Assembly (NCBI GenBank): GCA_043228905.1
Contig: JBHGNT010000008.1
Coordinates: 19,034,001 to 19,098,000 of the forward strand
DNA from: Azolla caroliniana
Lineage: Eukaryota > Plantae > Polypodiophyta
DNA length: 64,000 bases
Reading direction: 5' to 3'
Below are positions 47,111-58,100 of this stretch, in pieces. The notes under the pieces were generated by a model. The model searched no databases, had not been told where the DNA came from, and saw only the letters and a program-made list of their open reading frames with translations. Position 1 is the first letter of the stretch; each line of letters begins with the position of its first letter. Made by a program: the position numbers and the translations under genes.

Positions 47111-49860
47111 AATAATACCCTTCTCAAATATTTTGCCCAAAATGCACTTCTCCAATCAACCGACCATAATACATGTCCTTCCTCTTTCCGCTCTATTCCA
47201 CTCCTCACCCGTTTCCATTTCCTATTTTCCGATCCGAATGAGCCACCCCCCATGCGTTTTGTAGCTTCCTTACATGTAATTGTTGGTTGTTGTCCCAACC
47301 TGCCCACTAGCCCATTGAGGGTCCCTTCCATCATTTTTAGAATCGTTCCCTAGCTTTTCTAAATATGAAGTTGTCGGTTTCGTTTGGCACGTTCCGAGAT
47401 TTGGAGAATGTGCCCAGATGATATTAGATTATGCGCAACACCTATAAGGACGTTTTAACACACAAATCTGTAGAAAAAGGATGTCCGAAAATACCTTTTC
47501 CTGTTTACACAAATGGCCTCAGCCCGTGCATTTCTCCGAGGTTCCGTTTAAGGGTTGTGGTATCAACATGTGTATTTGGAATCTACGTGTCGATGTTTGC
47601 AAGTTGGCATTCACATAATTTTACTCAAGCTATTTCGTGTAAATTGGTAAACTAAATATACCTCATTTTTTTGTATAACTACCTTGTGTTTGTGTCTACA
47701 TGGAAAGAGTTGGAGATGCACAACATGGAACTTCCTTGAACGTGAGACGCAAACGTGGATTGCCCACTTCATGTTGTTCAAAAACCCAACATTTTCCATT
47801 GAGGTCATGATCATTGAGATAGTATTAACACATTCAAAAGCAAATATGTATTATTTTCAAGAGCTTGGGCGATTTATTTGATTTGTTAAAGAATATTAAT
47901 TGTTTGCTTTGTAAGTTTCTTTAAGCCTACTCTTGGTCTAAAGGCATCGAACAACGATTGTGCCAAAACATTTTCCGACATGTGTTTTCAACATTTTCCA
48001 TTATACTTTTTCAACAACATTATAGAGAATAGCCAAAACATTGCCATTATTTTTAAAAACATGTTTGTAATGTGAGGTCTTAAGGATATCTACCTACATT
48101 GATTATTTACAAGAAAAAGGGGTCATTCATCAAAACTTCCCTTGGAACAAGGTAAAGCACTAAATCAACGTACTTCAACATAATCACTTCAACTCTTTTG
48201 ACTAGCCAAGACATCACCGTACCCATAAGAGTAAGTTAGATTGGTCTAACAATGGGATTGATGGAAGCATGTAATCAAAATTTCATCGACAACACTAGTA
48301 GCTTTAGCATAGTTGAACCTCTAAATTTTTGTGTACCAAATTACAGAGTCATAAAGGAACAACTTAAGCATGTTGATGCAAATCAATTCTCTTATGTACA
48401 AGTTGAACTAATTGCTACCTGACCCTTTGTGGATCCTAACTCTATATTCCAAAACTACCTTTAAAAAAGTGTCCTCGGGCCAGGCTTTATGTCTTTCTCT
48501 TAGAAGTAAATGCAACTCTTTACTAAAGGGGTGGGGGTAATAATGGTAGGACATATTCACAAGACAAATTTTAGTGTGTTTCAATATTAGAAATCTCTTT
48601 GTCGAGATAAATATGCAAGTTACAACTTGAAACCTAGTCGAGTAAAGTGTGATTTCTAATGTGAAGGAAACCAGATGGTAATGCCATAGTAAAAAACAAT
48701 AACAACAACCGAGTGTGTGAAGAATATTTGTTAGGCAAATCAAATTGATTGTGATTGAATTAAGGAAGCCAAAGATTGTGGTAAACATTTGAGAGCAATT
48801 GTACTCCTACTTGTTTGTGTGAGTAGTAATAAAAGGGTCCTAATGGATATGAAACGTTATATATTGTTCATATATGTATAAATAATATATGTAACCAACC
48901 ACACATTACCATGGATGGATTGTTGGAGAGCTTGATGGTTACTAATTAACATATGATTACTGCTCCTTGATCTTCTAACGAAAAGGGGCTAGTCTTCTTT
49001 TAACTACGATTAATCTTCTAGTCAAGAAATAAGGTAATGCAAAGCTTAGTCACTAAGGAAAATTGATAGATAAGAACTACATTTCACAAGATCCATAACA
49101 TGAACATTCATATACAAATATACAATCGCTCCATTCTCCAAGTTCTATAGCATGGAAACTCTAACATTGCAACTAAAAATTGCCACATGCAAAAATTTTG
49201 AACACATGAGATGTCCACTGTTTGATAAAGGGTAAGAAAGGTGTATGTGTTTTATTTGGTTGATACCAAACACAAATCCAACAACATACAAGCTACTTGT
49301 AAGCCAATATGTCATGTTTGATCAACCATCATGGTACACTTATAAAGTTGGCCACACCAACCACAACCTAGGAAAAACATCAACCATGCCAAATATTGCT
49401 TGAACAAGCTGACTCAACCTCAAGCTTGATGAGTAGCTCGAACAAGCCCTTAAGCCTTGACAATAGCAGTAAGCAACAAAACATGGAAAAGTGCCAATTT
49501 GACATTGGCAAGGTTACATATAAAGTATGGGAACAAATAATAAAGCTCTAACAAAGAAGAAGCTCAACTCCATCTTTTGACGATGAGTTAGGTGTACCTA
49601 TTGTAAGGACACCTATCATGAAGAAAGACCTGCGAAAGGATAAGAGAATCCACAACACTCCAATCATGAGAAGACTATGTTGCCCAGTGCCCACTTAAGC
49701 TACAATGACTACATGGTACAATGTGTTTACCTTTACGATGAAAGTAGTGTTTATCCCAGAGTCCAAAACCTTAGTGGAATCAGTTTACAAATCCTATACA
49801 AACAAAACCGACGAGTGACGAGACGCAAGAACTCTACGACAAGGAAATCCCTTGTTGCCA

Positions 49861-50122
49861 TAGTATGAACCATAGGTGCATTCGCATTCGTCAATGGTTA
49901 AATCATTCGTGAAAGAAAAACACCCTCAAAGAATGATAAATACCATACATTTGGATTAACTATTTATTATGAGGTATATAAGCCTAAAAATGAAAAAAAA
50001 AACATTAAAAAAATGGGGAAAAAACAAAAACAAAACACAAGAATGTTCGAATAACATTCGTATTCGTTTTCCAACGTAGGAAAACGAATGTTATACTAGA
50101 CGAACACGAATTTTACGTACTA
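49861..50122. mobile_element. MITE-like repeat, copy 2, inserted in a Copia remnant
   Basis: Homologous to 46625-46846. Flanks TTGTTGCCA / TGGTTGCCA. A Copia RT relic (YKAWLIAKGYAQ...YNETF) lies at ~50200-50275. Confidence 0.75.
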
Positions 50123-50939
50123 TGGTTGCCACCACATAAGATCATTGGTTGTCAATGGATCTACAGAGAAAAGGATAACTCTAACAACTCCATTAACCAA
50201 TACAAAGCTTGGCTCATAGCTAAAGGTTATGCACAAAACCACTTCATCAACTATAATGAAACATTTGCTCTTGTGGCAAGTAAAGAAAGATGACAATTAC
50301 GTGAAGTTGAAACCACACTAGCAACTAGCCTCACGAAAGGGTGTCATAGAATTTCCGAGTTCGCAAAGGAACAACTCAGGCAACTTGATGTGATTCAATT
50401 CTCTTACGTACACACTAAACTAAATGTCACCTAGCCCTTTGTGGATCCTAACTCTATATTCCAAAACTAACTTTAAAAAAGTGCCTTGTAGCCAAGCTTT
50501 ATGTCCTTCTCTAAGAAGTAAATATATCTCTTTACTAAAAGGGAAGGGATTTTTAGCATGTTACAACAATGTAAGGAAACTCGTTCCGAGGATAAATACA
50601 GTTCCAAGGATAAATACAGGCTACACCTTGAAAACCAATAGGATGAATGTAATATCCATGAAACAAGATGATAACACACCAGTAGAAACCACTAACAACA
50701 ACCGAGTGTGTGAAGAATGTCTGCAAGGCAAAGCAATTCGATTGTGATTGAACTAAGGAAGCAAAAGAGTTGTGGTAAACATTACAAAGCAATTGTACTA
50801 TTCAATGAATGAATGGGTAACAATACAAATGGTTATATTGTCCATACTAGTAGTATTATGAGGAACATTAGTAGTAAAAGGGTCCTAATGGATACATAAC
50901 ATTATATATTATATTTGTATAAGATAATGTACATAACTA

Positions 50940-51360
50940 CCATGGCTAGATTGTTAGAGAGCTTAATAGTTACTGATTAGTAGATGATTAGGGCTCCTTA
51001 ATCTTCCAAAGCCTACGGTTAGTACTAATTAGCATATGATTAGGGCTCCTCGATTTCTCCAATGGCTAGGTTTAGTCTTCTAATCACTACAATTAATCTT
51101 CTAATGATTAGGGTTAATCTTTTGATGACTAGGATTAATCTCCTAATGATTAGGGTTAATTTTAACTGATATATGAACCTCCAATCACTAGGACCAACCT
51201 TCTAATTGATGGGATGAAGCTTCTAATCACTGGGATTAACCTTCCAATCCCTGGGATTGACCTTCTAATAACTAAGGTTAATCATCTAATCGCTAGGATT
51301 AATATTTTAATCACCAGGATTAGTCTTCTAACCACTAGGATTAATTTTCCAATTACTACA
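50940..51360. repeat. ~21-bp degenerate tandem array
   Basis: Recurring TTCTAATCACTAGGATTAATC-type units. Confidence 0.85.
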
Positions 51361-51511
51361 TCTGCAGATTCATGAAGCTCGCCATAGCTACATCCACCAC
51401 TGCAGATTAGAGTTCACCATTTCTGCATTGACCGTCCATCAGTGTATATATGTATAATCTCCCCATAGCTACATCAACCATTGTAGATTAAAGCTCGGCT
51501 CACTGAATTAA

Positions 51512-54114
51512 TCAACAGGCTTTCCACAAGGATTTTTGTTGATTGATTAAGTCGAGCTGATCACCAATCCATGGATCTTGATCCTGACTAATGGACATAT
51601 ACTCCAGTAATTCCTCGCGGTGAAGACTATTCATGCAGTATTCCATAGCGCCACAGCTGCTCAGGCTCAACGCAGAAGATGCAGAAGACTGAGTATGAGT
51701 CGATGCAGATAAATTGTGTGAGGCTGCGGCAGATGACGAAGAATTACATATTCCGCCCCGATGAATAAGAGCAACCTCATCGATCCATGGCACTGTGTTA
51801 TTCTGATGGTTGGAAGAATTAGACGAAGAAGAAGACCTGGACATACTGTTATTAGGGTTGAAGCGAATTAGCTGCTGGTTTCTTCTGGCTCTGTCTTCGA
51901 ATTCTGACAGAGAGTATGGTGGAGGGATGAAAGGAGGCCTCGCCACTTCTGTCAGAAGCTCCCATTGCAGTCCTCTGAAGAATTCATGGCGTTTTATCTC
52001 TTCCACCCTTGGCCTCTTACTCGCTTCTTTCACTAATAGCTGTGAAATCAGGTTTTTTGCAGCACTTACTATCCCTGGGAACTCTGCTTCTTTCTCCATT
52101 ATGTTGTGCAGAGTTTCGTCACTGTTCTTTCCTCTGAATGGCGTGTTTCCATAGATCATCTCGTAGAGAAGAACGCCATAGCTCCACCAATCCATGGCGG
52201 CGGTGTGATCTCCTCCTCTCAATACCTCTGGTGCTACATACTCATCTGTTCCCACAAAACAGACGCTCTTCTGCTGCGCCATCTTCTTCTTCTTTTCTGC
52301 CATCGTTTTCCGTATATTTAATCCTTCTTTCTTATTCTGTACATCTCTTCTTAACATTCCTCCTCTTCTTCTAATTCTTAGAGCTTCCATTAATTTAGAT
52401 TCGCAGAATTTCTCAGCTTCAACCACTTCGTCGTCGGCTGTCTCACTCTTCTCCTCATCATCATCGTCTTCTTCTTCCCCTCCTCGATCTTGACCTTGTT
52501 CAAACAGAAAACAACCTCCTAAACGCCTCATGCACGCCATGTCTTTAACGACAACTTGCGTCATTAATCCCTTTACAATAGCCAATTCTTGTTCCACAAC
52601 TACATTTTCTTTTCCAGCAATACTGTCGTTTACTTTATGCTCATGAAACGGCAAATCGATTTTTTCCTTCTTTAACAGTGGTGTGGATGCTGTGCCGCTG
52701 GCTTTGTCAGACATCAAAGCTCCGTCACTAGACCTCGACCGCACCAGTTTGAGTGAAAGGTCGAAATCAGTAAGCTTTATATGACCATTCTCTTGGATCA
52801 AAATATTCTCCGGCTTCAAGTCTCTATACACAATGCCTGTATTATGAAGCTGCTCTAGAGCTACAAGAACTTCCGCGGCATAGAATCTGCGCAGTGGAGA
52901 TCAAAGGAAATTACAGATATCTCAGAGTCCACAAATTTACGAAACCGGAGGAAAAAACGTCAAAATACTAGTAACGGTAATCGGGAAACTATGGTTTTTG
53001 GTTATGTTGCAGGCAGAGATTGAGAAACAATTTTGACGCAGAAGCTGAGAAGTTCGAAAGAATTGCTCACGAAAAGAGATAAAACGAAGATTTACTGGTA
53101 GCTATTGGAGTGGAGGCTGAGGGAGGACATGTTTACACAGTAAGAGAGAAATTTCGGAACAAAAAGAAAGAGGAAGAGAGAACAAGAAAGACAAAACTGA
53201 AAAGAATAAGAAACAAACAGGAAAAACTATAGGGTTACAGCATCAGCCACCTGAATGGATAATAATGACTACAGGCTATTACCGTGGAGCTAGAGATTTA
53301 AGCGATTGCAGAAAAAACAAATAAGATTTAATCAAGAAGATGAAGATCAAAGACGAAAATTATCCTAAGTTTCTGAAAAATGTGTACTCAATGTGGTCGA
53401 TCATACGTGCCTTGCAGCCGTTTCTGAAAATCGCTTCTCAGGTTGTTTGTGTTGCAGGATGTGGAGATCACCACCAGAGCAGAAGTCAAGAAGAAGCAGA
53501 GAGTGCTTTCCTGATTCGAAATGGCCATGGAGAGTTTGCAAGAAAGGATGGGGACGTAATAAAGACAGTATTTCTTTCTCGTTCCCATCACCACGGTCAG
53601 GCAAAAGAGGATGATCATCATAGTGGTCGATTATGTTAAGATCTGCCGCATCGACATGGCTAAGCAGATGATTAATGTCCTGATTCTTCTTCGTCTTCAT
53701 TTGCATACTCACATTCGATTGATCCATTACCATAACTGGATCGCCGCCCGATGATTCCCTGCAAGAATTGATTTTCAGAGCGAAAGGAGCTCCTGTCTGC
53801 TTGGCGATGACGAGAACCACGGTTCCCTTGTTCCCACGGCCAAGAGTAGCAACAGGGCGAAAGCCATGGATACTTGTAGGGATGGAATAATTATGAGCAG
53901 GCGCTGAAGTTATTGGTTCTTCTGTGCAGCTTATATTGCCGCTATTAGTGCGAGAAGTAGCAGTCGAGGTCGGGCAGCGGTGGACGACACCGCTAGAAGA
54001 ATTAACACTGGCTAGTACTTGAGTCGAATTACAGAAAGCTAAGGTTTGCTGCAGAACTTGATCAGGTAATATGGCATCCTCTTCTTCTTGACCTCCTTCT
54101 CTGATCATCGCCAT
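51512..54114 (-). CDS. AGCVIII Ser/Thr kinase, AGC2 (UNICORN/OXI1-like) type; 2 exons (54114-53411, 52886-51512), 692 aa
   Basis: [24 protein letters not shown]|[13 protein letters not shown], the AGCVIII-diagnostic DFD, a long subdomain VII-VIII insertion, [17 protein letters not shown]. In-frame joining requires a GC donor. Confidence 0.93.
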
Positions 54115-54924
54115 CGCTATAGCTAACGCTACTTATAAACGTTTCTGCAGGACGAGGTAGCTATGGGGGATCGAGCTCATGTTTCAGCGATACGCCGTGA
54201 CAGTCCACTTAATATCGCTCTGAAGAAAATGGCATATGAGCAGGCTCTATTAATTAGAAGAAGCTGAGGATGAAAGTAGATATGTGTCTGCGTACCTGAG
54301 GAAACTTTGGCCATCTTCTTCGCCATAGCTCTACTCTTATGTAACACAGAGAATTGAAATGGAAGCAAGAAATTTTTTGCTGCGGAGGAGAGGGAGGTCA
54401 TATGATCTCACAACACTACGCACAGTTACGAAAGATCTGCCTCATGTTACCATTCCCATCTGCTGCAGAAAGCTGCTTTGTACGGGTGAACAGTTACAGA
54501 GGTAAAAAGAAAAAAAGAAAAAAAGAAAAACAGAACAAAAAGGCAACGACGAGTTATCATTGTTAACCCGTGTGTGAGCTCCACGACGCCATAGCCTGGC
54601 TAACCCGTCGCGATCAGCAAGTAAACCAAGAAAAACAAAAAGATTTTTTGGTCCTTTATGTGGCCTACCTTTTCTCTGTGTCGCTCTATCATTCATGTCT
54701 GTTTCGAAACAGTGGGGGGGAAAAGAAGAAGAAGGAAGAAGAAGAAGGAAGAAGCTCATATGAATTGAAGGCGCCATAGCTACTGAGGCTTCAGCTGCTG
54801 CTACGGACAGAATTCTCTGTGTTATTGAATTGTTATCGCAGAACAATTTTTGTGAGTGTACATGACGCAGCAGAAGCAGACAATGAAAGGGCGAGAAAAC
54901 GAAAGGCCAAAAAAGGCGAAGGAA

Positions 54925-55115
54925 CGGACACGTGGCGCGCCACGTCGGCGGAAGCCGAGCTTGGCTCCGGCACCACGTGGCTACGCAGTCGGCGTGCCAC
55001 GTCGGCGGACGCCCACGCTGGCTCCAGCCCACGTGGCTAGACACATGGCATGCCACGTCGGCAGAAGCTCCCGCTGGCTACTGCCCACGTGGCAACACGT
55101 GGCCAGCCACGTATC
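54925..55115. promoter_or_regulatory. G-box/ABRE plus DRE/CRT repeat cluster upstream of the kinase
   Basis: CACGTGGC at 54929, 54974, 55030, 55086 and 55096; GCCACGTCGGC at 54939, 54996 and 55052; ~56-bp periodicity. Confidence 0.65.
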
Positions 55116-58100
55116 CTCCCCCGGGGAGCCCACACAAAATAACTAACAATAACAAGCCTTCGTTTTGTTGATAGCTTAAAACAAGGATAAGTTTTTTAAG
55201 TAGAATTTGACTGTTCCAAGGATTCAACGTGTTATTGCTTCCTAGAATATGTGAGCCATCTATCAATAATCTACACAAGGAGGATTGGTTAAACACCTCT
55301 CGATTATAATTTATACTTCTTCTTTTTACGTGGTATCAAGGAAAAAAGCATTGCTAGCAGTAGCACTTGCAGATCGAGCCTCGTTTTGACCCTTAACTTT
55401 TAAGTTAAGTTTACAACTATGTAATTAACCCCGAAGCAACCATAATGATTAAATGGAATTCCTCTCCATTCCCGAAAGAAAGAATCAGGAGGAGCATCTG
55501 AGGCTTTTGGCTCTCCATAAATCAAGTCTCACTTTAATATATGTACATCTAATCAGTATGGCTTTACATGATAACCCATTTTTGTTCCATGCTTGGGCAA
55601 CCCCCTAGCTAGCTATAAAGCAACTCTTCCTTATATGTATATCTAATAACTATAGTTTTGCATGATAAGCCTTTTTTCTATCGTAGGCTTGCTCTGCTGT
55701 CTGTATAGTTCATAATCCCAATGGGAATTTCAGAATGATTGATTGTATTGTGGGCTTACCTAACATGCTTTGCACTAATAGTACACTTTGGCATCTTATG
55801 GCACGACCAAGATGTGCATGTATGCATAATACCAACATTCATCATTGACACCTTAGTTATACATCATTGTACCCTTGTCTCTCATGCATATCTCATCAAA
55901 GAAATGGGGTTGTAAGAGTACCAAACTTGGTGGTGTTTTGGATGATCGATCATAAAGCAATTCCATGTAGATATGGTTGATATGGCCACAATTTTATAGC
56001 TAATAGTGACGATTTTGTCCGGATTTCCATGATTGGGGTTGCCTAGAGGTAGCTCTAAATTATATTCCATCCTTCTAATGTATGTGAGCTCAACCTAAGA
56101 CATGAATGGTAGGTACTAGGTACTAGGTACTATTGTGTATTGTATGTCGGCTATCATGCCACTTTACACATTTGGGTATTTTGGAGATATCGAGCATCGA
56201 TCTAGATTACATGTTGGCTACACCTTTTAACTTTTTGATTCATGAGATCGAGGCCATGCCACAATGGTTTCAACACATTCTACTTGATTGTGTCGAGTGT
56301 CTGTGAATTCCAATAAGCCAAGAGAGATGTAGGGTGGAGAGAGTATGTAGTTGTATCGTGATGAAAAGGAAAATGTATGAATTGTGTACAATCACAAAAG
56401 AACGAATGTAAATATTGAATAGAAATAAATGACGAGATTTGTTTACCTTAGGAGATCCTAGGTATAAATACACTATCAATGAAAAGTTTTATGGCCTTCA
56501 CATCTAAAACTACTTTTTTTCCTCAAAGGAAGCAAAGGCTCGATAATAAAGTTATAATTGCGATAGTAATAAATTAATACCAATGCTTCGGAAACCACCG
56601 TCATATAAAGTTTTTATGGTTTACGGTAAACCGAATAAAGGAACATTTACGTGGAAAACGATTAGAGATTTGAGAACCCAATGATGAATGAAACTAGAGG
56701 TATGTAGTTACAAGAATCTAGTTCAAGAAGAATAAATGAAAAGTTAGAAAAGAAAAGAAGGCAAGGGATAACGTGCGAAGCACAGTATGATGCATAACTG
56801 GTTATTCGCGAATTGCAACACATGCTTTAGAAACTATAAGTAATGATACCAACTCAACTATAAATGTCACGTGAACTTAATGAAGAACGAGGCACTAGAA
56901 TAGGATGATGAATTATTGCTAACATTAAATAGGTTAATGTGACACTTAGAACGAGGCATTCAAAAACACTAGGTTGTTGCCCCCCCCCCCCCCCGGCCAA
57001 TCTGAAAAGGATGTTTACAACATAACATGAAAGGGATATTAGAAATTTGACATATGTTTCGTCAAGCACAATCCCAATTTGCTACGTTATGAAGGCATGG
57101 CCCTTCTTGTACATGCCCAAAAACTATGATGACTAAATAAATAGATGAAATCGGACAACATAAAAAAGCCTTCAAGCATAATGATCCCCTTAGCATATGG
57201 GGGCCAAAGCACAAAATTTTCAATTTCCAAGTACCAAGAGTATACTTCCAATCTAAGCTAAAACTTCAACCTTTCTTGGTTTATTAAGACGTGAAACTTT
57301 ATGAATAGTGTAACATGAAAATTTGCTTCTTCTCTAAAAACCCCCACTCTTTTTACATATAAAACCTATTATAGGTGTTTCTATTAAGAACGCGCAACTA
57401 ATTCTCTCATCTAGAATTGCAGGCTTTCAAGTAGCTTATTTGAAGTGGGGTTCATCGGATGCCCCCTCTTGCCCCCTCTTTAAAAGGGACACTAGTAATA
57501 GAAATGAAGCATAGTGGATACTTAGCACAATGGAAATACATACATGGGTATGTCTTTTGAAGAACAACTTGGGCTCAAGTACAATCTCCAACTTTATCCG
57601 TATACTCCAAAGAGGGAACCTAATGAAATCTTTAATGAAACGTCATTGACACAGTACAAGACACTTGAAAACAAAGTAAAAATAACAATATGCACACATG
57701 CCTATTAGTACTAGTTCCTATGACCCCAACATCAACCTTAGGAATATCCACTCATCCTAATGTTTGATGACATGTAAAGGAGAACATGAGAGTTTCAATC
57801 AGTCAAGAAAGGATGAGTTTTTTGGTCCATACGAGCATGCCCGATTTTATGATTCATGTAAATGGATTGATAATGAAATAAATTGCCCATAAAATATGTA
57901 TATACATACATACATACATATATATTATTTACAAGATTACATGAAGGACATTTATACAATTTGAGGGTTTATTATGTAAGTCAATACCGCTCACAAAATT
58001 GAATAACATCACATTTGATAGAACCTAAATTTCAAGGTTTTTCCACATATGCTACAAATGGGACAAGAATCACTTGATGTATAGATATGCATGTTAGAAT

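Noticed and set aside
54442-55171. 204-aa and overlapping ORFs upstream of the kinase
   Set aside because: They arise from the GC-rich G-box repeat and low-complexity leader, with no domain signal.
55166-55340. Possible LTR remnant followed by a TGGTATCAAG PBS-like site
   Set aside because: Partial PBS, no clean terminal CA and no downstream gag.
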